DNA from: Thermoplasmatota archaeon
GTDB taxonomy: Archaea; Thermoplasmatota; Poseidoniia; Poseidoniales; Poseidoniaceae
Reading direction: 5' to 3'
NCBI GenBank assembly: GCA_036160375.1
Contig: JAYYDY010000035.1
Span: forward strand, 13,033-77,032
Length of the DNA stretch: 64,000 nucleotides
Of this stretch, positions 18,729 to 33,527 are shown piece after piece. A model generated the notes under the pieces. The model searched no databases. It saw nothing but the letters and a program-made list of their open reading frames with translations, and was not told the origin of the DNA. Within the stretch, counting starts at the first letter, position 1. Each line of letters starts with the position of its first letter. The position numbers and the translations under genes are program-made.

Positions 18729-21700
18729 ATGTCGGAACGGCGCTCCAGTCCAGCTTTTGCTTTCGTCTTGCTGATGCTCGTGTCCAGCACGGCGCCCCTC
18801 CTGATGAGCGTGGCTGCCGAAGGAGGCGAGGAAGCGACTTCTACCAACGCCTACAATGCGGGCGGCGTGATCATCGGAGATTTGGATGAATTTGACCCCA
18901 GTGAAGGAAGTGAGTATTTGTTTATTCATGAAGATGAGCCCGTTGTCTCCGCCACACAATTCATGAGACAGGCATGGATCGACGAAGGCCGACCCGGCGT
19001 GGACGACATGGTGATTGAGCCCTCGATGGGGCGCTCATCCGGTCGTGCTTGCACCCCTCATGTCGCCGGCGACACGCTCACGGTCCCCATCTCTGGTGGC
19101 TCTATTTCGGCCTACGTTGCAAAAACAACCACGACGGTTGCCTTCATCGTCCAAAGCGGGCGCACGCTCTCCTCCACCGTCCTCAACAACTTAGCGAGCA
19201 CGTGGGATTCCACCATTTACCCCACCATGACGACCTATTACGGTAAGGACTACCAGGACGGACGAGGCCTTGCGCCGCCCGACATCGACAACAATTGCCA
19301 GGTTCAAATCGTCATCTACGACATTGACGGTGCGTACAACACGGGCGGCTACTTTGCGCCTTCCTTCTCTTCCTCTCGCGAGGCCGTGTTCGTGGATTAT
19401 GCCGACATCACCCTTTCTTGGGGGCGCTCCATCCTCGCCCACGAGCTCGAGCATTTGTTGCACAACGCCCTTGACCCCTACGAGAACCTCTGGATCGATG
19501 AAGGGAACGCCGACGTGGCGATTTACCTCTGCTTCGGTGCAGATTCAACCCTGACCGGCCACGTGAATGCGTGGACGGGTGCGCCCGAACAATCGGTGCG
19601 ATGGTGGAATCAGCGCATTGCGGACTACGGCGCTGGCTACATGTTCACGATGTACCTTGCCGAACACCTCGGCGGCGGCCCCGCCGTTCGTCAACTCGTG
19701 CAGGACTCGGCAACGGGCGGCAGGGGTGTTGAGAACCTGCTTCTCTCGCCACAAAGCGGGCAGGTCGGCCTTCTTGGTCGAACGATGAACGAAGCCTTTG
19801 CGAACTTCAGCATTGCAGCCACCCTCGATTCCGACCAAGGCATCTACGGCTATCCGAACCTTGACCTCAACCCCGTCTGCACCGGTGGGGCGTTCTGCAG
19901 GGCGCAGCCAACCGAAGTCAACAGCGATTGGTCCACCCCTTGGTCCTCTACCGGCAACACCCTCGAAGGATGGGGTATACGGTCGTTCCAGTTCACACCA
20001 GGCGCCGCTTCACCCGCACCGCTGACCCTTCGTTTGACGGCTGACAAGAGCCAGTTCGACGGCGTGATCGTCACCAAGGCCGTTTCGGACGGTCTGTGGA
20101 GTGTCACCGACCTGAACTTCGTGAACAACGTGGCCACCGGCTTGGTGCCTGGATTCGGCAACCTTACCGACGAAGTTTGGGTGATCACCTGGTACGCTTC
20201 CACCGTAGCGGATTGCGACTACACCTCGTGCGGCCCCTCCTATCCTGAAGGGACCGTTGACATTGAGGCTGCCCGAATCACTTCGCCCGCCACGCTGTCA
20301 CTCAACAACACGGTGCTCTCGGACCGAGACGGTGATGGCATGGAAGACACGGTGGAAATCAACTACGGTGTCCTTTCCAATGCGTTCTTTGAGGATCTCG
20401 ATGTCGAAATCACCGTTCGTGATGCGAGCGGCATGGTCGTGGACACCATCACCGACCGAATCGCTGCCGGCGGCGGCGTCACCGTCGACAGCCAGGTCTA
20501 CTTCACGGCACCACTGGCCGACCAGTATGCTTTTGACATGGTCATGAAGGACATGCTTGGTGAACCGGTTGACACCCTCCAAACATCGCCTCAAATGTTG
20601 AACAACATGCGACCTGTGGCCAACGGGAGTGTCTCGCTCACCGATGTTCAGACATGGGAGAACATTCAGTTCCAAGGCGCCGGGTTTGATGCATGGGGCC
20701 TTTCCCTCTCCAACAACAGCCTGCCCTACCTCGACGCGCCGACGGCTTATGCGTGGGTGTTTGGCGACAACGCCTCATCAAACCTCAAATCGCCCCTCCG
20801 TGCCTACACAGAGGTTGGAAGCTACAACGCCACCCTGCGCGTGATGGACCAGGGCGGAACGTGGTCTGAGACGCAAGTCCACGCCATTAACGTCAGTGAC
20901 ATCACGGAACCGTTGCCGGTCATCACCGTGAACAACGTGGTGATAGAAGACAACATTTCCTTGTTAACCGGTCAGCGTATTCTCTTCTCAGCGGGTCGCT
21001 CTGTGGACAACGTTCCCATTGACCACCTTGAATTCCAGTGGGACTGGGGCGATGGCACGCAAAGCGGCGGTGTTGGCGTCTATTCACAACAGCACGAATG
21101 GGATGACATCGACGGGGAAAGTGAGACGTTCAACCTCACCCTTACCGTCTCCGACGGTATCAACGTTGGAACGAAGACGCTTCTCGTTCACATCAACAAC
21201 AGGGTGCCTGTCCAAATTTATGCAGAGACGTTGACCACCATGACCTACACCAGTTTGGTCCTTCCCGATGTGTTTGTGGACGACGACGGTGAACTCCTCA
21301 CCTATGCATGGTCTTTCCCGGACGGTGTTCGCGTTGGAACGGGGACGCCGACCCGAAACGATGACTTCTCCACGGTGAGCAGCAGTGCCACGAACCCCAT
21401 TGTGGCTTGGGATGTACCGGGCAACAAGACCGTCTCGCTTACGGTCACGGACGACGACGGCAGTCAAGCCACGGCCGTCCTCAACGTGGTGGTGTTGAAC
21501 CAAATGCCTGTGGCCACCTTTGACGTCAGGACGCTTTCGGCGATGGGTTCACGTGAAATTGACTTCCGAGAGGAAGACGGCGAGGTCGACACGGCCTACG
21601 TGTTTGACGGACTCGACAGCATGGACCCCGATGGTTCAGTGGGTGATTCTACGGACATCGAAGTGTGGAACTGGACCTTTTCCGACGGCACCTTCGGTGA

Positions 21701-22934
21701 CCGCCCCCAAGTGACCCACACGTTCACCACCCCTGGTGTTCACACCGTGTCCCTGGTCGTCACCGACAAGGACGGGCAGGAGAGTTTCGCCCGTACCATG
21801 ACGGTTCGCATCGCGAATCCGCTCCCCATCATTCAGGTCCGCATCTTGGACGGGTACATCGGGGACGACATCATCACCACCTCGACGCCGTTCCCCGAGG
21901 GGACCGTCCCCGACGGATGGTCGCACACCTTCAACGAGGACGGCGCCGTGGTAACCGCACCCGAGCGCATGCTCTACTTCGATTCCTCAGGAACACGAGA
22001 CGGCGACCGCCAATTCGAGGGCAAGTACGTTCCCTTTGAAGTGGAATCGCCCGACTGGAACGGCTTGGTCCAATACACCTGGGACTTCGGCGATGCGACG
22101 CCTCTGGTTCACGAGGCGACGCCATGGCACGCCTACACGCTCCCCGGCACTTACACGGTTTCGCTCACCGTGCGAGACGGGTTTGGAACGGGTGATGTGT
22201 CTCGCCAAACCTTCACCGTGGTGGTTGACGAGCCACCCGAGGCGCGGGAGATCTACGTTCCAGAGAACATCTTTGCGGGCTCGTCCATCTCCTTTGACGC
22301 CGATGTGTTTGACGCCGAAGCTGGTAGCGAAATGGAGATTTATCGCGACTTGGATGTGGAGGACGGCTCCATCACCGAGCGAGACGAGCGCATCCTCACG
22401 CAATTCACCGTTCGTTGGGACTTCGACATCGAAACCGATGAAGATGAAAACGGCAATCCTGCCGACGATTGGGTAACGCCCATCGCTGGCTCTCCGGTCC
22501 GCACCATCAACACTTGGGAGGCCACAGGTTTCTACACCGTGTTGGTGGAAGTTTGCGATGGGATGGGTCAGTGCGACATCTTGACCGAGGACATTGAAGT
22601 GGTCCCGGAGCCCGAAGGCCCGCCCTCCCTGTCTGACTTCAGCGCTGATGAGTGGAAATCTTGGTTGGCCGATGCGGGTTCCGAACTCGCGACCTTCATT
22701 GCGCTCATCGTGGTGGCCCTCGTCTTGGGTTGGCTCGTGATGCGTGAGCCATCGGCGCTCGAGGAAGAAGCCAAGGAAGCCGCTGAGACGTACACCGATA
22801 TTGAGCATGTTGAGTCGCAAGGTGGTTTGCTGGGTATGGACCATCACATGCCACCGCCCGCCCCGAAGATCCTCTCAAAGGATGAACGCCGGAACGATGA
22901 GAGTGGCTATGTTCGCCCCCTGCGCCGTCGTTGA
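18729..22934 (+). CDS. Large cell-surface zinc metallopeptidase with multiple PKD domains
   Basis: Signal peptide; AHELEH..WIDEGNA; repeated WxFGD/WDWGDG/WTFSDG/WDFGD PKD motifs; DRDGDG Ca-binding motif; C-terminal TM helix and charged tail. Confidence 0.85.
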   Translation: MSERRSSPAFAFVLLMLVSSTAPLLMSVAAEGGEEATSTNAYNAGGVIIGDLDEFDPSEGSEYLFIHEDEPVVSATQFMRQAWIDEGRPGVDDMVIEPSMGRSSGRACTPHVAGDTLTVPISGGSISAYVAKTTTTVAFIVQSGRTLSSTVLNNLASTWDSTIYPTMTTYYGKDYQDGRGLAPPDIDNNCQVQIVIYDIDGAYNTGGYFAPSFSSSREAVFVDYADITLSWGRSILAHELEHLLHNALDPYENLWIDEGNADVAIYLCFGADSTLTGHVNAWTGAPEQSVRWWNQRIADYGAGYMFTMYLAEHLGGGPAVRQLVQDSATGGRGVENLLLSPQSGQVGLLGRTMNEAFANFSIAATLDSDQGIYGYPNLDLNPVCTGGAFCRAQPTEVNSDWSTPWSSTGNTLEGWGIRSFQFTPGAASPAPLTLRLTADKSQFDGVIVTKAVSDGLWSVTDLNFVNNVATGLVPGFGNLTDEVWVITWYASTVADCDYTSCGPSYPEGTVDIEAARITSPATLSLNNTVLSDRDGDGMEDTVEINYGVLSNAFFEDLDVEITVRDASGMVVDTITDRIAAGGGVTVDSQVYFTAPLADQYAFDMVMKDMLGEPVDTLQTSPQMLNNMRPVANGSVSLTDVQTWENIQFQGAGFDAWGLSLSNNSLPYLDAPTAYAWVFGDNASSNLKSPLRAYTEVGSYNATLRVMDQGGTWSETQVHAINVSDITEPLPVITVNNVVIEDNISLLTGQRILFSAGRSVDNVPIDHLEFQWDWGDGTQSGGVGVYSQQHEWDDIDGESETFNLTLTVSDGINVGTKTLLVHINNRVPVQIYAETLTTMTYTSLVLPDVFVDDDGELLTYAWSFPDGVRVGTGTPTRNDDFSTVSSSATNPIVAWDVPGNKTVSLTVTDDDGSQATAVLNVVVLNQMPVATFDVRTLSAMGSREIDFREEDGEVDTAYVFDGLDSMDPDGSVGDSTDIEVWNWTFSDGTFGDRPQVTHTFTTPGVHTVSLVVTDKDGQESFARTMTVRIANPLPIIQVRILDGYIGDDIITTSTPFPEGTVPDGWSHTFNEDGAVVTAPERMLYFDSSGTRDGDRQFEGKYVPFEVESPDWNGLVQYTWDFGDATPLVHEATPWHAYTLPGTYTVSLTVRDGFGTGDVSRQTFTVVVDEPPEAREIYVPENIFAGSSISFDADVFDAEAGSEMEIYRDLDVEDGSITERDERILTQFTVRWDFDIETDEDENGNPADDWVTPIAGSPVRTINTWEATGFYTVLVEVCDGMGQCDILTEDIEVVPEPEGPPSLSDFSADEWKSWLADAGSELATFIALIVVALVLGWLVMREPSALEEEAKEAAETYTDIEHVESQGGLLGMDHHMPPPAPKILSKDERRNDESGYVRPLRRR

Positions 22935-22981
22935 GGGAATGTCCTAAAACCGAGCAGGACCGTCTCCGACCGGGTGAAGGC

Positions 22982-24010
22982 ATGCGAACGACATCGGCGG
23001 TCGCCTTGATGGTCCTGGTGGCCATCCTCGTTTCGCCAAGCACGAGCGTGCTGCCTTCGGCTCAAGCGGCCACGGGATGCGAGGGTCAAGTAGCCACGCC
23101 TGAATGGAACACCAGCCTTCAGCACATGGCGTTGGTGCCTCATTGGAGCAGCCCTTACGCCTTCGACCCCTACTACGGCGAACCCGTTTATGCGACGGAG
23201 GGCAGAGATCACGAGGAGTACTACGAAACCAACGTCGGCGACCTTGACCCGGCCCTACACCCCGAGGAGCCGTGGGTCTACAATCCAATTTGGCCGCTGC
23301 CACGTCTTGATCCGCTCACCTCAGGGCAGTACACCGTCATGGAAATCGGAAACGACAGTTCTGGCGTGCTCCGGATGAACCTCTCCAGTTCGCATCGCAC
23401 CACCTTCTGCATCTCCCTGTATGAAACGGACGGGAACACCACGAAACCGGCGACGGCCGATGTCTACTTGATGACCACAACGCAATACGATGCCTACGGC
23501 GAAGTGTATCGGATGATGCACGGCGGTTGGTGGTGGGATGACCTCGACATTGCGGGTGGCGACGGAGACGTCCTCAGCGATATCCCGCCTGAATGGCGCA
23601 GTTTCAACCCGCTTGGCTGGCAATCGTATCGCGATGTCCATCAATACGAACAGCGGGAAGAACTCACGTTCTCCGTCGCCATGGACGGTCCAGAGGTCTA
23701 TTCCTCGCTCTTCGGTGGTTCGGAATGGCAGGATTTCTACCTCGTTATCGATGCTTGGGACAACACCAACGACGATGATGCAGCCGCCTTGAACAGCGTC
23801 TTGGTCGCCGACATCACCGTGCTCCCTACGGAACGTTCGGCGCTTCTTCCACCCTGGACGGTGCCGCTCACGCTGTTTGTTTTGCTGGCAGCCGTGGTCG
23901 TGGTTCCTGTGGTTCTCAACAGCCGGTACATGCAGGCTGGCCTTGACCAACAATCAGCCAAGGAAACGCCTGTCCCGGTGATGGAACAGTCTGCAGCTCA
24001 ACTCGAATAG
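22982..24010 (+). CDS. Hypothetical secreted, C-terminally anchored protein
   Basis: Signal peptide, acidic aromatic-rich body, C-terminal TM helix; follows the PKD peptidase. Confidence 0.7.
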   Translation: MRTTSAVALMVLVAILVSPSTSVLPSAQAATGCEGQVATPEWNTSLQHMALVPHWSSPYAFDPYYGEPVYATEGRDHEEYYETNVGDLDPALHPEEPWVYNPIWPLPRLDPLTSGQYTVMEIGNDSSGVLRMNLSSSHRTTFCISLYETDGNTTKPATADVYLMTTTQYDAYGEVYRMMHGGWWWDDLDIAGGDGDVLSDIPPEWRSFNPLGWQSYRDVHQYEQREELTFSVAMDGPEVYSSLFGGSEWQDFYLVIDAWDNTNDDDAAALNSVLVADITVLPTERSALLPPWTVPLTLFVLLAAVVVVPVVLNSRYMQAGLDQQSAKETPVPVMEQSAAQLE

Positions 24011-24013
24011 AAC

Positions 24014-24811
24014 TCAGTATTCCAACAGAGTCCAGGCGTTCTTGAGGTCTCGAATGTTGACGAGGCCCTTGTTGGAGAGTTTGAACTCCGAGCGAAGGGT
24101 AGCGTAGACAAGCGATTGGCCGAGAACGGGAGCATGAAGCCGAGCCCAATCGCCGCCGTTGCCCAGCGCCATCATGGAAAAGGCGTGCTTCGAGCTCTTG
24201 AGTTCGTAGCTGGCCTCGACGATCTGGAGTGCATCTTGGTGGTCGTTGACGGTTCCACAGAACTTGAACACCTCGCCCTCCTTCGCGTGCTCGTTGACCA
24301 TGCCCACGAGTTCTTCAGCGCTGGGGGTGGTGGTGGTGTCGTGAATCGAAGAGATCACGCGGACACCAGCGCCGTTGGCTTTTTCGAGCAGGTCGGTACG
24401 AACACTGTCCTCGATGGACAATTCAAGGTCCACCGAGTTGACGCCCGATGCGATGGCCTTTTCGAGAATTTCATGGCGTTGACTGGCTTCGCCGGGATAG
24501 TGGCCGCCCTCTTCGGTTGGGCGAACCGTGAAGATGACCGGGAGCGGGATGCTCTCCTTGAGGTTCTGAATGCAAGTGTCCACATCGATGCTTTCCATCT
24601 CACGAACAGGCCACTCACTTTCTGGTGGCATCACGTGCTTGACTTCACCGTCTTCGCCCTCGACAGGTTGTGCCTCGGGTCGCTTCAGGTAGAGTCGGTC
24701 AAATCGGACTTCAACAAGGTCGGCGCCAGCGAGGTTGGCTCGTGCTGCTTCGTCCGCCATCTCTTTCACGGTCGTTCCTTCCAAAGAAACGCACACTTTT
24801 GGGTCAGCCAT
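24014..24811 (-). CDS. aroD: Type I 3-dehydroquinate dehydratase
   Basis: DLVEVRFD, IFTVR..EGG, VDLE, SIHD, Schiff-base Lys in FKF, MALG..G..AR. Confidence 0.88.
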   Translation of the reverse strand: MADPKVCVSLEGTTVKEMADEAARANLAGADLVEVRFDRLYLKRPEAQPVEGEDGEVKHVMPPESEWPVREMESIDVDTCIQNLKESIPLPVIFTVRPTEEGGHYPGEASQRHEILEKAIASGVNSVDLELSIEDSVRTDLLEKANGAGVRVISSIHDTTTTPSAEELVGMVNEHAKEGEVFKFCGTVNDHQDALQIVEASYELKSSKHAFSMMALGNGGDWARLHAPVLGQSLVYATLRSEFKLSNKGLVNIRDLKNAWTLLEY

Positions 24812-24830
24812 GCAGCACCCATCTGACCCC

Positions 24831-25078
24831 TCTTCTTAACGGTCACGCTGGCTTTATCATCGCTTTTTCTCACCAAAACCAACGTCACCTGTTGTTTGAT
24901 GAGCATTGAGGTTGAGTGATGATGGTAAAGGGGGTATTCGGTGGCAAAAAATGGGCCGCAATCCACCGTTTTTCTGTGAGAAAAAGAGGTATGTTTATAC
25001 CCCGTGGCGAGCAGTATATTTTGAAGGAGGAAAGCGGCGTTCTTGCATGACCAAAATCGCCCGCAGCCTACCGATTTT
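24831..25078. promoter_or_regulatory. Divergent aroD/gyrB promoter region with inverted repeats
   Basis: GTTAAGAAG on minus about 24 nt before aroD; TTTATA at 24994; 11-bp inverted repeat at 24863-24873 and 24976-24986. Confidence 0.5.
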
Positions 25079-25090
25079 AACATGTTTTGA

Positions 25091-29756
<4,666 letters not shown>

Positions 29757-29864
29757 TGCGTCCCTCATCTTCGGGATTGGGCGTCAACGCAAGCGAGCGA
29801 CGCATTCAAACGGGATGCCGATGTCTTCGGCCCGCAAGGGGTCTTCCCTCCTGCGGTGAGATTG

Positions 29865-31121
29865 ATGGACGAGCGTTCTTTGATTTACGATTGGAACACG
29901 GTGGAGTACGACTTCAAGCGTGATGCGAACAACCATCCTCACGGGGTTTGGTTTGACGATGAAACCTTGCGCGACGGACTTCAGAGCCCCAGCGCACGCA
30001 ACCCCACCATTGAGCAGAAGATTGAACTTCTCGGCTACATGGAACAACTCGGTTTGCAAAAGGTCGACCTCGGCCTGCCAGGGGCTGGCCCGTTCCACCG
30101 CAACCACATCGATGCCATGCTCACCCACATCCGGGAAAACGACTACGCCATCCGCCCGGGTGCGGCCGTTCGAACCCTGATGGGTGACATCGAACCGCTG
30201 GTGGAGATGCAGGCCAAGCACGAAATGGAGATCCAAGCCTCCGCCTTCCTCGGCACCAGCCCCATCCGTCAGTACACGGAAGGCTGGACGATGGAGAAAC
30301 TCATGACCACGATGGAAAAGGCCGTCTCTTACGCTGTTGAGAACGACGTTCCTGTGATGTTTGTCACCGAGGACACCACGCGGTCCAATCCTGAGGATGT
30401 CAAGATGATCTATCAGCGTGCCATGGAACTCGGTGTGCGCCGCCTGTGTGTGTGCGATACCTGCGGCCATGTAACGCCCAACGGCGTCAAGAAACTCCTC
30501 GCCTTCATCGACGAGGAGGTCATCAAGGACGCAGGCTACCAGCGCCGGGACATCGAAGTCAACTGGCACGGCCACCAAGACCGTGGTCTTGGCGTTGCCA
30601 ACAACATCGCTGCGGTGGAAGCCGGCGCTGATGTGATTCACGGCACGGCCCTCGGCGTCGGAGAGCGAGCCGGGAACGCCCCGCTCGACCAGACCCTGGT
30701 CAATTTGAAGCTCATGGGTGTCATCGACAACGACTTGACGTTGCTGGACACCTACATGCAGAAGGCCAACGAATACATCGAGGTCCCGCTGCCACGAAAC
30801 TACCCCGTCTTCGGTGAAGATGCCTTTGAAACCGGTACCGGCGTGCACGCTTCAGCCGTCATCAAGGCCATGCGAAAAGGCGACAACTGGCTCGCTGACC
30901 GAGTCTACTCTGGCGTTCCTGCCGGTGATTTCGGTTTGAAGCAAGTCATCCGAATCGGGCACATGTCCGGTCGTTCGAACATCATTTGGTGGTTGGAACA
31001 AGAGGGCATTGAACCTCAGGACGACTTGGTCGCTCACCTGTTTGAGGTGGCCAAGAGCCAGAAGCGAAACATGCTCGACGAGGAAATTCACGCTGCGGTC
31101 GCGGCGTTCAGTGCCTCTTGA
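29865..31121 (+). CDS. DRE-TIM acyltransferase, 2-isopropylmalate/homocitrate synthase family, no regulatory domain
   Basis: DETLRDGLQ, EDTTR, CDTCG, HGHQDRG, GVGERAGN, GVH, GHMSG. Confidence 0.85.
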   Translation: MDERSLIYDWNTVEYDFKRDANNHPHGVWFDDETLRDGLQSPSARNPTIEQKIELLGYMEQLGLQKVDLGLPGAGPFHRNHIDAMLTHIRENDYAIRPGAAVRTLMGDIEPLVEMQAKHEMEIQASAFLGTSPIRQYTEGWTMEKLMTTMEKAVSYAVENDVPVMFVTEDTTRSNPEDVKMIYQRAMELGVRRLCVCDTCGHVTPNGVKKLLAFIDEEVIKDAGYQRRDIEVNWHGHQDRGLGVANNIAAVEAGADVIHGTALGVGERAGNAPLDQTLVNLKLMGVIDNDLTLLDTYMQKANEYIEVPLPRNYPVFGEDAFETGTGVHASAVIKAMRKGDNWLADRVYSGVPAGDFGLKQVIRIGHMSGRSNIIWWLEQEGIEPQDDLVAHLFEVAKSQKRNMLDEEIHAAVAAFSAS

Positions 31122-32435
31122 TCAGGCGGCTTCCTCTTCGAAGTCCTTTTCTTCGCTCGTTGGTTTGGAGCCGATCCATTCAGAGTCCACTTCGCCACCA
31201 CTCCACTCGCCATCGAGTGAAATTTCGTTGATTTCGTGCTCTTCTCTCCACACCTTTTCCTCAAGACTTCCATTGACAATAAACTGCCCGTTCTCATCGA
31301 TCTGTTCCTCAAGCAGGCCAAAATGTTTGGAGATGGGCAAAAAATGTCCGACGGGCATTCCGGCTGCCGTAAACGGGTTCGTGGCCGCACCGATGATCAG
31401 ACCGTCTTCAGGTGCGACGATGTCAACCGACATGCCAGGCGTGGCGGGGTCGGAGATGGTCGCCACGACTTCACCCTCTCGCATAACGCTCCCCGCTTGG
31501 ACGAACATGTCGAGCAGTCCGCCCTCGGCGGCACGCAGCCACGTTGAGCCGCTGGCCATGATTCGGAATTTGGGCCGTTGAGGGTTGCCGGGTACCATGC
31601 GCATCGAACGCAGGGCGTTCATGACACCGTGAACGGCCACCTTGACCGAGAGGTCGCCCAGCGAATCAGCTCCGCCGCCCTCGTAGGTGACCACCGGGAT
31701 GTCTGCGGCGTTGCCTGTACGTCGCAACGTCCCTTTGGAGGGGACCGAGTCAAGGATGATTTCAATGCCGAAGGATTTGGCGAGTAAGTAGGAACTTGTA
31801 TGAGTGAGATCGCAACGAACCTGCGGCATGTTCCGTCGTCCTTTGGCTGCGCTGTGCAGGTCGATGATGGCGTCGCTGTCTTCGACCAGGTGCGTCCAGA
31901 CTTGATGGGCGACTCGCCGTGTTGTCGACCCACCCGGGTCGCCTGGAAATTGTCGGTTGAGGTCCCTTCCGTCTGGGAAGTACCTCGATTTCATGCGGTA
32001 GCCGGGGAGGTTCACGATGGGAACGATGCGCAGCGTGCCGGCGAGGCTTTTGGGGTCGAGGGGCTTTCCCTCATCCGTGAAGGCATTGCTCAGGAGGTGA
32101 GTGCAAGCGGAGGGGCCGGTCAATTCATCGCCGTGGATGCCGCCAATGACCGTGATGCAAGGACCCGGTCTTGAACCGTGAATGATGGTCACCGGGATGG
32201 GCCACGCATCACCAAGGCTGACGTTGAGCAAAGGAAGGTGCACGGTTCGAAGTGTCCCTGGTTTGATGCGCTTTCGGTAGAACCGGATATCGCCCCATTC
32301 GGAGGTCCGGTCCCATTCAGGCCGGTCTTCGGTTTGATGTTCCTTCATGGCCTCTTCGATGGCCATTCGGCGTCGTTTGGGGAGTTCATGTGCCACGCGC
32401 ACCTTGCGGACGGTTTTCTTCTTCCGCCCGCTCAT
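31122..32435 (-). CDS. Succinylglutamate desuccinylase/aspartoacylase (M14-like) family protein
   Basis: GIHGDE, DLNRQFPG, IDLHS, YEGG, biotinyl-like C-terminal segment. Confidence 0.88.
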   Translation of the reverse strand: MSGRKKKTVRKVRVAHELPKRRRMAIEEAMKEHQTEDRPEWDRTSEWGDIRFYRKRIKPGTLRTVHLPLLNVSLGDAWPIPVTIIHGSRPGPCITVIGGIHGDELTGPSACTHLLSNAFTDEGKPLDPKSLAGTLRIVPIVNLPGYRMKSRYFPDGRDLNRQFPGDPGGSTTRRVAHQVWTHLVEDSDAIIDLHSAAKGRRNMPQVRCDLTHTSSYLLAKSFGIEIILDSVPSKGTLRRTGNAADIPVVTYEGGGADSLGDLSVKVAVHGVMNALRSMRMVPGNPQRPKFRIMASGSTWLRAAEGGLLDMFVQAGSVMREGEVVATISDPATPGMSVDIVAPEDGLIIGAATNPFTAAGMPVGHFLPISKHFGLLEEQIDENGQFIVNGSLEEKVWREEHEINEISLDGEWSGGEVDSEWIGSKPTSEEKDFEEEAA

Positions 32436-32519
32436 GCATTTCCCACGCCCCTGCCCGTCATCAACGCTCCGTTTTTCCTAGTGGGAAGAACCATGAATCG
32501 TGTCGTGGGTTTGTAATCC

Positions 32520-32987
32520 ATGAGTGAACTCGGTGTGCAACGAACCTACGCTCCCACTTCGATTTGTTTTGGCTGCGGCCCAGCCAACGAACATGGTCTG
32601 CAGATCGATTCATTCCGAACAGCTGACGGCCTGACCATGGACTTCATGCCAGCCGACCACCATCAGGCGTTCCCTGGCATGATCAACGGCGGCATCATCG
32701 GAACACTGCTCGACTGTCATGGGAATTGGGCTGCTGCCATTGCGCTCATGGATGCACAAGGCCTTGATGAGCCACCTTGCACCGTAACGGCTTCCTACGA
32801 TGTCCAACTTCGTCGCCCTACGCCTCACGGTGCGACCTTGACGGTGAACGCCACGCCAACCGAGGTGCTGGACGACAGGGTTCGGGTCGCACTGACCTTG
32901 GAGGCTGAAGGCAAGGTGTGTGCCACGGGGAGCGGCCTCTTCGTGGCTGTGAAGGAAGGGCACCCCGCCTATCATCGATGGTCCTGA
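32520..32987 (+). CDS. PaaI/hotdog-fold thioesterase
   Basis: CFGCG..NEHGL, GMINGGIIGTLLD, LRRPTP. Confidence 0.88.
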   Translation: MSELGVQRTYAPTSICFGCGPANEHGLQIDSFRTADGLTMDFMPADHHQAFPGMINGGIIGTLLDCHGNWAAAIALMDAQGLDEPPCTVTASYDVQLRRPTPHGATLTVNATPTEVLDDRVRVALTLEAEGKVCATGSGLFVAVKEGHPAYHRWS

Positions 32988-32996
32988 GGCCGTGGC

Positions 32997-33527
32997 ATGC
33001 CTCGACCATCGGCTCAGCAACAGCATGAACTGGATGCGCTGCAGGTGGAGGTGCTGGCGGAGATGACGGCCATCGGAATGCTGGACGAGGATGGTCGCCG
33101 ACGTTTGGACGCCGTTCCGCTGGGTGTTTTGCGGTCGAACGCCACACAACGCCACGGCGTGACGCGCTGGAGCAGGGACGGACAAGGCCATCTGAGGGTC
33201 GATGTGGTCGACTTGAATCCTCATCTACTCAACGATAACTGGCGAGACTATGCAGCCTTCGTGCTGTTCCATGAATACCTCCATGTTTTGGGCCATCGCG
33301 CTCACGACCGCACCTTCAGGGCCTTGGAAGCGCGTTGGCCTCACACGACAGCGGCGGCTCGTGGAAAAGCGTTCACGCACGCAAGAAGGCTTGCGAGGGC
33401 CTCATGGCATTGGGTGTGCCAGACCTGCGACGAGCGCTACCCTCGGCAGCGAAAAGGCAGCGGGCGGTACATGTGCAGGCGGTGCAAAACGGTGCTCAAG
33501 GACGTGCCCAGCCGGGACATTGAATGA
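32997..33527 (+). CDS. SprT/YgjP-like zinc metalloprotease with a C-terminal zinc ribbon
   Basis: HEYLH..GHRAHDRTF; CQTC..CRRC. Confidence 0.8.
   Translation: MPRPSAQQQHELDALQVEVLAEMTAIGMLDEDGRRRLDAVPLGVLRSNATQRHGVTRWSRDGQGHLRVDVVDLNPHLLNDNWRDYAAFVLFHEYLHVLGHRAHDRTFRALEARWPHTTAAARGKAFTHARRLARASWHWVCQTCDERYPRQRKGSGRYMCRRCKTVLKDVPSRDIE

Noticed and set aside
24895..24925. C/D-box sRNA suggested by TGATGA motifs
   Set aside because: No appropriately placed downstream CTGA D box
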